Shown in pieces: positions 27,320 to 37,602 of a DNA stretch of 64,000 nt. The DNA lies in the IMG/VR virus record IMGVR_UViG_3300050821_007659, positions 7,904 to 71,903 of that record. One strand, 5' to 3'. The DNA is from a virus. The notes under the pieces were generated by a model. That model saw only the letters and a list, made by a program, of their open reading frames with translations, did not search any database and was not told where the DNA came from. The stretch's first letter is position 1. The number at the start of each line of letters is the position of its first letter. The position numbers were made by a program, and so were the translations under genes.

Positions 27320-29059
27320 ATGAGTTACGACCTGCTGCCCGCAAAGTGGTTCGACCTGGATGAGCCAGCGGCCGGTCCCGCTGCCGCCTTGGCAGGCTCG
27401 GCAAGCGCCTCTATCTCGGCAGGTGCGCCGCTCAGTACAGGTATCCCGTTGGCGGGTGTGGCGGCGAGCACAGTCAGTGCAACCGCCGCCTTAAACTCCG
27501 GTGTCCTGATGGCCGGGAGTGCCGCCGTGGGTATTGCGGCGACAGCACCCCTGAGTACCGGCATTCCGCTCTCAGGCGCCGGCGTCGTGGGCTCTACTAT
27601 CGCAGCGCCGTTGACCACGGGGATTGCGTTGGGGGGAGCGCCCACGGCCTCCTCGAGCGCCGCGGCCGATCTCAGCACACAGATTGAAGCGGCCGGCAGT
27701 GCAGTGGCGGCCGTCTCGGTCGTCGGCAGTTTCGCCAGCCGCACCTACCGGGCCGCGCGCCTCGCCGTGTCGATCCAGAAGCCGAGCTCCGATGGCTTCT
27801 TCTGGGGTCGCTATCCGCAGGGAGACAAGCCGCCGTTGTCGGGAGCTGCGGTCATTGCGAGTGCCGCCGCAGCGGGCTTGAGCACCGGCATCCGGTTGGC
27901 GATCGCGGCCTCGGCTGCCGCCAGTGCGAGCGCGAGTCTGACGACCGGGGGCGGTAGTCTATCGGCCGTCGGTAACTTCACGCTCTCCAATCAGGGTGGC
28001 TCGACCAACGGTCAGTTCCCCGTCACATCGCCACTGATGCAGATGACGATGACGTGGACTGCAGCCACTGGTCCCGTGCATCACTACCGGGCAAAACGCG
28101 GCGTCAATGGCGGCGTCAAGACCACCTACGACGACACCATTGCAAGTAGCGCCACCTCGTGGACCGATACGGCGGCGACCAACTTCTACAATGCGATGAA
28201 CATCCAGGAGGCCTCCAGCGGCAACGTCCTGGGTCTCACCACGTGGTACGACTACGATATCGTGGCGGTGGATGCGAGTGGCAACGAAGGTCCTACGCCC
28301 GCGCAATTCACGGCTTACATCTATTACAACGGCGTCAGTTACTGCAGTAGCGAGGACCTGTCCTTCGGGATGCTTTCAGCGCCCAATTACAGCGCAATCG
28401 ATCCGCTGGGGGGTACAGCGATCAAATGCATCAAGGGCAGCGGCGGCTGCGGTCTGCAGACAGCGAGCTTCAACCCGACGTATTTCAACTTCGGGCTCGA
28501 AGTGAACATGTTCAATTATTTGAACGTGGAGATACTGCCAGGGCTCTCGGGCGAAGTCTTTGACTTGGCGCATCTAACACGCTCGCCTGTTGGAGACGTG
28601 TTTCCGCACATCAATCTAGGGAATTTCGCCAACTCAGGCGTGTACGGTTCCGCGCCGGTCGCAGGGCAGTACGCTCTTTACAAAGTGCCGCTATCGGCGT
28701 TCGGATTTGGCGAGACCGTTTTTGATGCCACGATTGTCAGTGGCGTCATGAACGTGACTAACATTGTGTCGGGGCCGGGCATAGACCCAACCTGTTGGAT
28801 TGCAACTCAAGCAGGAGGCGCGCTCACCACTCCAGGAGCAAGCCAAGGCGTTTGGGTTTCGTCTGAGCCCAGTCAAAGCGGAGTGGGCACGTATCAGGTC
28901 AGCATGGGGCCGACTGCGGGAACGAACCCGCCCGACGTCCCGACGACGACTCGCTTTGTATGTCACAAGTCCAATGCGTACAAACTGGACTTGAAGGATT
29001 TCACGAGCGCATCGGGTACGACGTTCTATGTGCGCAAGTATTACTTCACGAGGAACTAA
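27320..29059 (+). CDS. Modular fibre-like protein (20-aa repeats, FN3-like domain, CBM-like domain)
   Basis: LSTGIPLAG repeats; MTWTAA...YDYDIVAVDASGNEG FN3-like segment; PVAGQYALYKVPLSAFG CBM-like segment. Confidence 0.7.
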   Translation: MSYDLLPAKWFDLDEPAAGPAAALAGSASASISAGAPLSTGIPLAGVAASTVSATAALNSGVLMAGSAAVGIAATAPLSTGIPLSGAGVVGSTIAAPLTTGIALGGAPTASSSAAADLSTQIEAAGSAVAAVSVVGSFASRTYRAARLAVSIQKPSSDGFFWGRYPQGDKPPLSGAAVIASAAAAGLSTGIRLAIAASAAASASASLTTGGGSLSAVGNFTLSNQGGSTNGQFPVTSPLMQMTMTWTAATGPVHHYRAKRGVNGGVKTTYDDTIASSATSWTDTAATNFYNAMNIQEASSGNVLGLTTWYDYDIVAVDASGNEGPTPAQFTAYIYYNGVSYCSSEDLSFGMLSAPNYSAIDPLGGTAIKCIKGSGGCGLQTASFNPTYFNFGLEVNMFNYLNVEILPGLSGEVFDLAHLTRSPVGDVFPHINLGNFANSGVYGSAPVAGQYALYKVPLSAFGFGETVFDATIVSGVMNVTNIVSGPGIDPTCWIATQAGGALTTPGASQGVWVSSEPSQSGVGTYQVSMGPTAGTNPPDVPTTTRFVCHKSNAYKLDLKDFTSASGTTFYVRKYYFTRN

Positions 29060-29060
29060 C

Positions 29061-29756
29061 ATGCGCCGACTAACTGCTATTCTCGCGTTGCTCGCCGGCA
29101 GCGTTCAGGCGCAGACCATATCGATCCCGGCCCAGACGGCCTGCAGTACGATCCCCGCGCAGACCGTTTGTGTAACGTTGCCCGCACGCACACTGCCAGT
29201 CACGAATACGCCGCCGACTCCGCCGGTCTGCGTGCTACCGCAGGTGCTGATCAATGGCGTGTGCGTTACGCCGGCACCCCCTCCGCCGCCCTCGGGCGTG
29301 AAGTGGATGTACCTGAATGGTGTGAAAACTCTGGCCGGCGATTTCACAGGCTCCGGTGAAGCAACCAACTATCAGAACCTCACGACTGCCGGTTTCAATG
29401 GCGACACCCGGGACATTCTGATTACCTCCAGCGTCCCGTGGGGGTACTTCATTCCGTACTGGTCGGCTGACTACAAGCTACCCAACCCCGGCTACACGAA
29501 CCTGCTGCTCAGCCTCAAGCCCACGATCACGGGCGACACCTTCGGCATCCATGCGGAGCGGGTGGGCGATGTCGGTCTGTCGTCCATCGAACTGCTGAAA
29601 TACGGCCCTCCCTGTGTCGCCGGCAAGTGGGCGAGCTATGTAATTCCGCTGAAGGACCTGGGCGTATACGGCGATGCCACACTGTACAAGGTCGTGTTGG
29701 GCACGCATACCAACGGGCCTGACGCCTTTGAGCTGGACGCGATCGGGTTCCAATAG
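29061..29756 (+). CDS. Signal-peptide protein with a CBM-like domain
   Basis: MRRLTAILALLAGSVQA signal; Pro/Cys linker; AGKWASYVIPLKDLG. Confidence 0.65.
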   Translation: MRRLTAILALLAGSVQAQTISIPAQTACSTIPAQTVCVTLPARTLPVTNTPPTPPVCVLPQVLINGVCVTPAPPPPPSGVKWMYLNGVKTLAGDFTGSGEATNYQNLTTAGFNGDTRDILITSSVPWGYFIPYWSADYKLPNPGYTNLLLSLKPTITGDTFGIHAERVGDVGLSSIELLKYGPPCVAGKWASYVIPLKDLGVYGDATLYKVVLGTHTNGPDAFELDAIGFQ

Positions 29757-29777
29757 TCGCGCGGAACCCATGAGCGC

Positions 29778-31289
29778 ATGCCGACCCCACCGTATTCTCC
29801 CGCGCGGATCGAGATCCCGATCTACCGCGCGAGCTATGACGGGCACTACTGGGGCCGCTACCCCAACGGTGACAAACCCGGCGGGATGGCGGGCGGTGGC
29901 TCGATCATCGCTTCCGCATCGGGTGCGTTAAGCACACACGCCCAACTCGCCGGTGGCGCCTCGCTGAGTGCCGCGGCGATGGGGACATTGAGCGGCGGCA
30001 CGGCGGGCGGGCAGATCATCTGGCGGCCGGGTTGGTATTTGAGGCTATCCGCTTCGCCCGGCATGGATTCTCTGGCCACGATCAAATCGCAAATGGATGC
30101 GGCGGTCGCCGCCGATGTCAACAACAGGGTCCTGGGCTTTGCGTTCCATATGCTGTGGTCGCAGTTGGAGACGCCGAATGCCCCTGCCAACCTGACAGAC
30201 GCCACGGCATCGCGGTACGACGGCTCCTGGGATACGTCGGGCCCGGGGGGCACCACTGAGAGCGGCTTTCCGAAAATAGCTGCGATCATTGCGCACGCGA
30301 AGTCGTACAACCCGCCGCGCAGTATCGTGCCGCTGCTCAACATGGGGGCCAATGGTTTAACGGATATCAACGAGACCTCCTACCCGAAGTGGTTCGCGCC
30401 GGCCTACCTGAATAGCCCGGTGTATGCCGGTGGATGCCTGTACTACCCAGGCAACTGGAGCGACCCGGCCATCGGGACGGTCAAGGTCATCTACTGGAAC
30501 GCGAACGTCCAGCATCGCGAAGCCGCGCTGGTGCAGGCGATGTATACGCGGTTTGGTCCGGATACGCCGACAGGCGGTATCTACATGGTGGACCTGTTCA
30601 ACGAGGTGACGGCGGCACACACCTCGCTCGGCAACTCGGAGTTTGTCAACAACTGCGCCAACATTCTGTTTCCAGCGATCAGGTCGGCCGCTCCCCAGTG
30701 GATGTTTACGGCGCGCCCCACGTTCCTCAATGGCACGGACGCCCAATCGTGGTACCAGCCACTTTTCAACGCGATGATCGCCAACAAAATCGCCCTGGGC
30801 GACGAGGACATGTGCAATGTCGTGGTGGGCTACGGGGATGGGGCCTACGAAGGATTGTGGAGCGGAGTCGCGCAGCCCGGCTGGCCTAACTACACGGCTG
30901 ACACAATTCCTCGGTTTCCTCATGTCGCCAACATCGAGGCCGCGGAGTTGTTCCAGGCGGGCAACCAGTCTACCTACAACAACCCCGTGCCACCGGCGAC
31001 CAAGGGCACGGGCACGTGGTATGACCTCCCGGGAAACCCCGGCATGATGACGGGCGTGCGGCGCATGAAGTCCTCGCACGTCATTGTGTTGAGCGGTGGC
31101 TATGGAGGGCCGCCAGTCAATCGTATGGGGCATACCGGGGCGCCGGCCAACCCGACCCCGGGGCCGGGCGCAGGACTGACCTCGGCGCTGCCTAACATCG
31201 TGAGCGTGATTACAGAAGACACGCGGTATCCGGGCATCATCCCGGGGTCGATGGCGATCCCGTCTACCGCACGGCCTGTGGGTTACTGA
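29778..31289 (+). CDS. Putative glycoside hydrolase (TIM-barrel-like) with an N-terminal shared motif
   Basis: WSQLE...YD, PAYL, YWNANVQ...AMYTRF and FNEV resemble clan GH-A enzymes. Confidence 0.55.
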   Translation: MPTPPYSPARIEIPIYRASYDGHYWGRYPNGDKPGGMAGGGSIIASASGALSTHAQLAGGASLSAAAMGTLSGGTAGGQIIWRPGWYLRLSASPGMDSLATIKSQMDAAVAADVNNRVLGFAFHMLWSQLETPNAPANLTDATASRYDGSWDTSGPGGTTESGFPKIAAIIAHAKSYNPPRSIVPLLNMGANGLTDINETSYPKWFAPAYLNSPVYAGGCLYYPGNWSDPAIGTVKVIYWNANVQHREAALVQAMYTRFGPDTPTGGIYMVDLFNEVTAAHTSLGNSEFVNNCANILFPAIRSAAPQWMFTARPTFLNGTDAQSWYQPLFNAMIANKIALGDEDMCNVVVGYGDGAYEGLWSGVAQPGWPNYTADTIPRFPHVANIEAAELFQAGNQSTYNNPVPPATKGTGTWYDLPGNPGMMTGVRRMKSSHVIVLSGGYGGPPVNRMGHTGAPANPTPGPGAGLTSALPNIVSVITEDTRYPGIIPGSMAIPSTARPVGY

Positions 31290-31293
31290 GGCT

Positions 31294-31473
31294 GTGATTG
31301 ACATTCTGAAATTACCGCACGGCCTCGGTAAGGACTGTGCGGGCTGCTATGGCTGCGCGCATGGACTGCCGCTGAATAACGGCTATCACATCGAGACTTT
31401 CAAGGATGGCAGGACGCAGCCGTTCAAGTGCGCATGCGAGTCGCCGGATTTACCGGTTAGATTGGTGAGCTGA
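31294..31473 (+). CDS. Small Cys-rich protein (59 aa)
   Basis: GTG start after GAGG; CAGCYGC...CAC. Confidence 0.5.
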   Translation: MIDILKLPHGLGKDCAGCYGCAHGLPLNNGYHIETFKDGRTQPFKCACESPDLPVRLVS

Positions 31474-31474
31474 C

Positions 31475-33487
31475 GTGGCCATCACGCGCGTTGGCACGGG
31501 GACGCCTCACTACGTCTTCAACGGCGCGAACACGCCGGTGTTCCCAAGCTTCAGCGCGGGGCAAACGCTGATCTATGCGACCGGCATCCCCATTGGCAGC
31601 GTGACCCTGACAACGCCCTCGGGATGGCAACTGCTATCGCCCAATAACCACGCGCAGCAGGTCGCGGTCTTCGGCCGCACGGCGACCAGCAGCAGCGACA
31701 CCATTCCCAGTGTCAACTGGGGCAACAGCGATTGGAGCTGGGCCGTGGGCATCGTGCTCAACGGCGCGCTGTCCGATATCACGCAGATCGTGGATGTGGC
31801 GGGCGATCGTGCTGCCAGTGGTGTCAGCATCATCGGGCCTTCATCGGCTCTGACACCGGCGGCCAACGGCGAATACGCGCTCTTCTGCGGGACCGTCAAC
31901 GGCAGCACGGACACGTTCACAGCGCCCAGTGGCTTTACCATGGTCGCGCAATCGACCGGCAGCGCTGGGCCTTCGATGGGGATCTGTGAGCAGATCCAGA
32001 CGACCGCCACGACGATCGCGGGCAACCAGGTGATGACCGGCAGCGCGACTGGCACGCCGGCAATGCAGGGCATCCTCATCCTGCTCAAGCCCGCCAGCGC
32101 AGCCGCCCTCGCGGGATCGGCGAGTGCAAGCGCGAGTGGGGCAGGTAATCTCTCGACCGGCATCCAGGCGGCCGGCAACGCGCTTCTCAGCACTGCGGCG
32201 GTCGCAGCGCTCACCAACTGGGCGACCGTGACGCTGTCGGGCACGCAGTACACCGGCCCCGGCGGCATTCACGACCCGAATTTTTGGCTGGATGTTGATC
32301 CGCCCGTCGGCTCGGTCCTCTACTACGACGCCGCCCACATCACGATCTACGCCAATGGCGAGATCAGCTCCACGACCAACAACTGCTCGGCCGTGGTGCA
32401 GTTCTTCGACGGCACCGCCTGGTCGGTCGGTATCGTCATCATCACGCCGCAGATGGTCACCTACGCGCACGTGCTGGCCGCAGCCGCAGGCGCCCTGAGT
32501 ACGGGTATCGTGCTGGCGGGAGCCGCGCTGGTCGCCTCCCAAGCGGCGGGCGGGCTGTCTACCGGCATTCAACTGGCGGGCATTGCGCTCACGGTCGCGA
32601 ATGCGGCGGCCACGCTCACCACGGCCGTGCAACTGAATGCGGCGGCGCTGATCAACGTCAGTGCGAGTGGCGCCCTCACGGGGGGCGTCGCCTCGCTACA
32701 GGGCTCAGCCCCCGTGCTCAGCCAGGCCTTGGGTGCGCTCACCACGCAGATCCAGGACGCCGGCCAGGTCTTGATCAACTCGCAGGCCACGGGCTCGTTC
32801 TCAGCGCTGATCCAGTTCCAGGGTGTGGCGAGCTCACTCACGCAGGCGAGCGGCCAACTCACCGCAGCCATCCAATTCGTCGGCAACGCCAACGTCGTGG
32901 TGACGGCCGCCGGTGCCGCCCTGATCTCGAGCGCTTTCCAGAGCGCGGCCAATGTGGTGTCGAACGCGCTCGGAGCTTTGCAGACGGGCCTGCTGATCGC
33001 GGGCAACGCGCTCGTGCAGGTCTCGGCCGCAGGCGATCTCAGCACCGGGGTCACGCTCTCGGGCGCGGCGGTGGTGGACACGGCGGCGGCGCTCAAGCCG
33101 GTGGGGCTCGAGGGGCAGTTCGGCAAGGCCGATATCGTGGTGTTGAGCACGACGGGACTGCCCGTGGCACTCGCGACCTTCATCCAGGGCTCGCAATGCA
33201 TCGTCAGCGTCTCGTACTTCAACGCGGAAGGATTGCCATTCGTGCCGAGTGCCGTGAACTACCGCGTGGACGATGTGGCGAGCGGGGTGAATCTCGTGCC
33301 GTTTACACCGATCCCACTGCCCTCCATGGCCAATGCGATCACGATCACGGGCACACAGAATTCCATGGTCAACCTGACACGCGCTTCCGAGGAGCATGAG
33401 ATTCTTTTCCAGATCACCGATGGCGTGGGCAACGTGAGCTATCAATCGGCGGTGTATGACTTGATTCGGACGACGGGGACGAACTGA
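31475..33487 (+). CDS. Fibre-like protein with long 20-aa Ala-rich repeats
   Basis: Many L(S/T)TGI.L.G.A repeats between beta-rich N- and C-terminal domains. Confidence 0.7.
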   Translation: MAITRVGTGTPHYVFNGANTPVFPSFSAGQTLIYATGIPIGSVTLTTPSGWQLLSPNNHAQQVAVFGRTATSSSDTIPSVNWGNSDWSWAVGIVLNGALSDITQIVDVAGDRAASGVSIIGPSSALTPAANGEYALFCGTVNGSTDTFTAPSGFTMVAQSTGSAGPSMGICEQIQTTATTIAGNQVMTGSATGTPAMQGILILLKPASAAALAGSASASASGAGNLSTGIQAAGNALLSTAAVAALTNWATVTLSGTQYTGPGGIHDPNFWLDVDPPVGSVLYYDAAHITIYANGEISSTTNNCSAVVQFFDGTAWSVGIVIITPQMVTYAHVLAAAAGALSTGIVLAGAALVASQAAGGLSTGIQLAGIALTVANAAATLTTAVQLNAAALINVSASGALTGGVASLQGSAPVLSQALGALTTQIQDAGQVLINSQATGSFSALIQFQGVASSLTQASGQLTAAIQFVGNANVVVTAAGAALISSAFQSAANVVSNALGALQTGLLIAGNALVQVSAAGDLSTGVTLSGAAVVDTAAALKPVGLEGQFGKADIVVLSTTGLPVALATFIQGSQCIVSVSYFNAEGLPFVPSAVNYRVDDVASGVNLVPFTPIPLPSMANAITITGTQNSMVNLTRASEEHEILFQITDGVGNVSYQSAVYDLIRTTGTN

Positions 33488-33489
33488 GC

Positions 33490-35022
33490 GTGTCGAGAAT
33501 CTCAATCTCTGGAGGATCTAACAATTCTCCACTGATGGACATATTGATGTCCGAGCATATCGAGCCCGGAACCGAGCCCGGATATCACCTATGTAAAGAG
33601 ATATTTTTAGCGCATCCGCTCGGCGCCAAGATGACGGAAGGCCCCATCAGCATGGCGCAGAGTCAACCGCGCACCATCACGGTCGGTAGCGGTACGCCCG
33701 TCGAAGTGGTGGAAGTGTTCCATGAGTGTTGGGAGAATACGGAGGTTGACGGCTACATTTTAAACGCGGCCACGATCTCGCGGATCTATGGCCTGTCGTC
33801 GCTCGTCTTGGGCTGCAAGGAGCAACCGGCCGGCAAGCCGCTCGACATGGAGAAGATCTGGGAGCAAGACATCTTTTTCAACGCGCTGGACCCGCTCAAC
33901 ACCGCCGGCTCGCTCGTGCTCTCGCAGATTCCGGGAACCGCGGACTTCGCCAAGCCCGTGACCGTCACGACCAATGGCGAGCGCTTCCACTCATCGCGCT
34001 TCCAGGTGCTGATGAATGAGTCGCCGATCTACATCGCGTATACGAATTCTGCATTCGGGTTCGTGGGGCGCAGCGTCTACCAGCGCGCGCTGTTTCCGAT
34101 GAAGTCGTTCATCAACACGATGGTCGTTGACGACTTCATCACGACGAAGAACGGTTTGCTCATCGCAAAGCAAGAGTCTCCAGGTTCCATCCTCGACGAC
34201 ATCATGGCCGGCGTCATGGCTCTCAAGCGGAGGATGTTCAAGCAGGCGCATACAGGGCAGGTAGTCTCGATCGGCAAGGAAGAAGCGGTCGAGACGCTCA
34301 ACATGCAGAACGTGGACGGCGCCGGTACGTTCGCGCGAAACAACATCCTGAAGAACATCGCCACGGCTGCGGACATGCCGGCGAAACTGCTGGAGAACGA
34401 GACGCTCGTGCAGGGCTTCGGTGAGGGCACGGAGGATGCCAAGAACATCGCCGCCTATATCGACAGCATCCGCAAGAAGCTGACGCGAATCTACAAGTGG
34501 TTTGACGGCGTGATCATGTATCGCGCGTGGACGCCGGAATTCTTCTCGCGCATCCAAAGACTCTATCCGGATCTATACAAGGGCCGCGAGTATCGCGACG
34601 TCTTCAGCGAATGGCGGCGTAACTTCAAGGCTGAATGGCCGTCGGTACTGAGAGAGCCGGAAAGTGAGCGCGTCAAGGTCTCGGCTGTGAAGTTCGAAAT
34701 GGCGATTGCCACATTGCAGCTCACACTACCGCACTTGGACCCTGTCAATAAGGGACTTGCCATTCAGTGGCTCTGCGACACCATCAACGAAGAAGAGATG
34801 CTATTCCCGCGCGAGATTGAGCTCGATATCGACGGTTTGGTTGCCAGCATGGAGGCCGATAAGCGAGCCGCTCAGAAGATGCAGGAGCAATCGCTTGCCG
34901 GCGAGGAGGGTGACCAGAAGAAGTTCCCGAAATTCGATTCGGCAAGTCAGCCGATGCTGATGGCCAATCTACGCCGCTCGCTGGATCAGTTGCCGCATAG
35001 AGTAGCGGAGAAACGAGCATGA
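33490..35022 (+). CDS. Portal protein (DUF1073-like)
   Basis: About 510 aa; FHSSR, FGFVGRSVYQRA, IATAADMPAKLL...GFGEGTED; upstream of the head genes. Confidence 0.85.
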   Translation: MSRISISGGSNNSPLMDILMSEHIEPGTEPGYHLCKEIFLAHPLGAKMTEGPISMAQSQPRTITVGSGTPVEVVEVFHECWENTEVDGYILNAATISRIYGLSSLVLGCKEQPAGKPLDMEKIWEQDIFFNALDPLNTAGSLVLSQIPGTADFAKPVTVTTNGERFHSSRFQVLMNESPIYIAYTNSAFGFVGRSVYQRALFPMKSFINTMVVDDFITTKNGLLIAKQESPGSILDDIMAGVMALKRRMFKQAHTGQVVSIGKEEAVETLNMQNVDGAGTFARNNILKNIATAADMPAKLLENETLVQGFGEGTEDAKNIAAYIDSIRKKLTRIYKWFDGVIMYRAWTPEFFSRIQRLYPDLYKGREYRDVFSEWRRNFKAEWPSVLREPESERVKVSAVKFEMAIATLQLTLPHLDPVNKGLAIQWLCDTINEEEMLFPREIELDIDGLVASMEADKRAAQKMQEQSLAGEEGDQKKFPKFDSASQPMLMANLRRSLDQLPHRVAEKRA

Positions 35023-35414
35023 CGCAGAGAGTTGGGATTCATCATATCCCCGCTGGCAAAGCCCAGACCTGCGAGTGGCCAGCACATGATGTCATCAGGA
35101 TCGAAGTTCCCGAAGTGCCCGTCCTCGGGCAGATGCGGTTCGAGGCTGACAAACTTCCAACTGATCTGGCCGCATTCAATAAAGAGATGCAGCGCAAGAT
35201 TTCAAAGGCCATTGCCTTTGGTTACGATCACGGAGTGATGGCGGCCAGGGCTGATCCGAACGCGCCATTTATCGATAAGGGATACGGGCGCATTTTCGAA
35301 ATGCTGCATTCGGATGATCCCACCCGGCACGCGGAACACGTCGAGCGCAGTACAAAAGGTTGGCGCGACGACACCGGCGACAGCATCGAATGGGTTGAGT
35401 TCCCCGACCGGTGA
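35019..35414 (+). CDS. Hypothetical protein
   Basis: ATGA-coupled to the portal gene. Confidence 0.55.
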   Translation: MTQRVGIHHIPAGKAQTCEWPAHDVIRIEVPEVPVLGQMRFEADKLPTDLAAFNKEMQRKISKAIAFGYDHGVMAARADPNAPFIDKGYGRIFEMLHSDDPTRHAEHVERSTKGWRDDTGDSIEWVEFPDR

Positions 35415-35426
35415 GAGTGGATCGCA

Positions 35427-36245
35427 ATGCCTCCGCCCCCGCGTAACCAGTTCTATCAGGTCCTGAGCGATGCGATCGCCGACCTCATCGAGCACGGCTT
35501 CGACTCCCAGGAACGCCTTGACGAGTGGCTTCGCCGCCTGGAAACCGCGGCCCGGGCACTGCTGGTCCCGCGATCCGTACTTGAGAACGCGCTACGCGAT
35601 GGCCTACAGCGAGTCTTCGCGCGCAGCACCACGACTGCGAATCTACTGAAGGTCCACCGGGGCATCAGTCAGTACACGATCGAGATGATCAAGCCGAAGC
35701 TGCGGGCGGAGTTGGATCGCAGGATTTTGGCGAGCGCGAGTTTAATCAAGTTGAATCGTGAGACAGCCATCCAGCAGACGCTGCAGCGCTTCGCAGGTTG
35801 GGCGACGTCGATACCGATTGGCGGCAGCGATGTGGTCAATAGGGCGGAAGAGAAAGCCAATATCAGGCGTGGAATCGCTGGCCTCACTTTTATCGACCGC
35901 CGCGTTGTCATCGACCAGGGGCACAAGCTCAGTTCGGCTATCAGCGAGATAGTTTCGCGCGATGGCGGGGCAATCGCCGGCCGCTGGCGCCATGTCATGG
36001 AGGGAGGAGATTATCAGGCACGGCCTGAGCACGTTGCCCGCAATAACAAGGTCTACCTGATTCGAGATAGCTGGGCGAAGCAACAGGGGTTGGTGAAGCC
36101 CGGTCCTCCAGGGTACGCAGATGACATCACCGCTCCCGGCGAGGAAGTCTACTGCCGCTGCACGATGGTCTACCTGTACAACCTCCGCGACCTAGCGCCT
36201 GAGATGTTGACCAATAAGGGCCGCGACGAACTGGCACGAGGATGA
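35427..36245 (+). CDS. Head morphogenesis protein (Mu gpF / SPP1 gp7-like)
   Basis: IDQGHKL, WRH...ARPEH and PGEEVYCRC motifs. Confidence 0.85.
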   Translation: MPPPPRNQFYQVLSDAIADLIEHGFDSQERLDEWLRRLETAARALLVPRSVLENALRDGLQRVFARSTTTANLLKVHRGISQYTIEMIKPKLRAELDRRILASASLIKLNRETAIQQTLQRFAGWATSIPIGGSDVVNRAEEKANIRRGIAGLTFIDRRVVIDQGHKLSSAISEIVSRDGGAIAGRWRHVMEGGDYQARPEHVARNNKVYLIRDSWAKQQGLVKPGPPGYADDITAPGEEVYCRCTMVYLYNLRDLAPEMLTNKGRDELARG

Positions 36246-36249
36246 GCTA

Positions 36250-36525
36250 ATGATCGACCTAACCATAGCGCTACACGCCAGCGCCCCCGCCGGCCACAAA
36301 TGCGCCGATTGCAGCATCGACGGCGTGCCGTGCCCAGCCTGCTATGCGGCGTGGTGGCCGACGCGGCTCACGGGACCTCGCGGAAGTGCCATGCGGCAGT
36401 TCGATGCGCAGCGCGAGACGGCATCGAAGCGGGTGATAGACGGATGTACGTGTAACAGCCTTCCACACCTACCGGAATGCCCCGCTAGCGCGTTCAGTGC
36501 ATTCAAACGCGAGGGGTACGGTTAG
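36250..36525 (+). CDS. Small Cys-rich protein
   Basis: CADC...CPAC...CTC...C. Confidence 0.5.
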   Translation: MIDLTIALHASAPAGHKCADCSIDGVPCPACYAAWWPTRLTGPRGSAMRQFDAQRETASKRVIDGCTCNSLPHLPECPASAFSAFKREGYG

Positions 36526-36527
36526 TT

Positions 36528-37574
36528 GTGATCCGCGCCGCCGGCATTCTCTTCGTCGCACCCAATGGCCACGTTCTGCTCGTCCATCGCACAGACGGCC
36601 AAGGCTGGGCATTCCCTGGCGGGGGCATTGAGGATGGCGAGTCCGCGGAGGATGCCGCGCGGCGCGAGCTGTTCGAGGAAACGGGCGAAAAGTTTGAGAG
36701 TTCCCTGACGCTGTGGACGCGGCGGGTGTCACCAGTCGCAGGCGCCATCCCGAATACACCTGAGGGCGCGCCGTCGGCCCTCGGCGAGGAAGTGGACTTC
36801 ACGACGTTCCTCGCGAAGGGGCCCGAATTCGAGCCCAAGCTGAACGGCGAGCACGATGCCTGGCAGTGGGTGGATCGCGCATTTGCGCTCGGCTCAGGTC
36901 AGTTGCATCCCGGCTGTTACGTCGCGCTGCGGCGATTCGAGATGGATGAGTTGGACGTTGCCAAGGCCATCGCGGCCGGCGAACTCACCAGCCCGCAGCG
37001 CTACCGCAATTTACTGCTGATCGCGATTCGTATCACGGGCACGGGCGCCGCCTATCGCTCGACCGGTGATGAATTCGTGTGGCGCGACCCGTCGATCTAC
37101 ATGAACGACGAGTTTCTGCAGCGCTGCAACGGCCTATTCGTGATTCTCGAGCATCCGCCGAAAGAGCCGATGCTGAACACCCAGGAGTTTCGCAAGCGCA
37201 TTGTGGGCACGATCTTCTTGCCGTACCTGAAGCCCGAAGTCAATGAGGTGTGGGGTATCGCGAAGATTGCCGATATGGAGGTCGCGGAACTATTGGAAAC
37301 CGAGCAGATGTCAACCTCGCCGGGCGTCATCTTCATCAAGTCCGAACTCAAGCGGGAGTTGGAAGTTCAGGACGGCAAGACACTCGTGATCGAGGGTGAG
37401 CCGTGTTTGCTCGATCACGTCTGCATATGCCCCTACGGCGTATGGGACAAGGGCGGCGAGCCAGCGGGCGTTGACTCGATCGAAACCCGCAACGACAGCA
37501 TGGATATCAAGTTGGATTTCCTGCTGCAGCATTTGAAAGTGGATGAAATTCACCGGCGTGTAAGCCGGTTTTAA
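36528..37574 (+). CDS. NUDIX hydrolase fused to a DUF2213-like putative prohead protease domain
   Basis: Nudix box PGGGIEDGESAEDAARRELFEETG; C-terminal half with VILEHP, STSPGV and LDHVCIC. Confidence 0.85.
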   Translation: MIRAAGILFVAPNGHVLLVHRTDGQGWAFPGGGIEDGESAEDAARRELFEETGEKFESSLTLWTRRVSPVAGAIPNTPEGAPSALGEEVDFTTFLAKGPEFEPKLNGEHDAWQWVDRAFALGSGQLHPGCYVALRRFEMDELDVAKAIAAGELTSPQRYRNLLLIAIRITGTGAAYRSTGDEFVWRDPSIYMNDEFLQRCNGLFVILEHPPKEPMLNTQEFRKRIVGTIFLPYLKPEVNEVWGIAKIADMEVAELLETEQMSTSPGVIFIKSELKRELEVQDGKTLVIEGEPCLLDHVCICPYGVWDKGGEPAGVDSIETRNDSMDIKLDFLLQHLKVDEIHRRVSRF

Positions 37575-37602
37575 CGAACCCTTACTCGTCAGGAGCATTG
37601 CG

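Noticed and set aside
33490-35022. Possible anti-CBASS (Acb1) label often attached to this family
   Set aside because: Size, position and motifs fit a DUF1073-type portal; I saw no pair of HxT/S phosphoesterase motifs.
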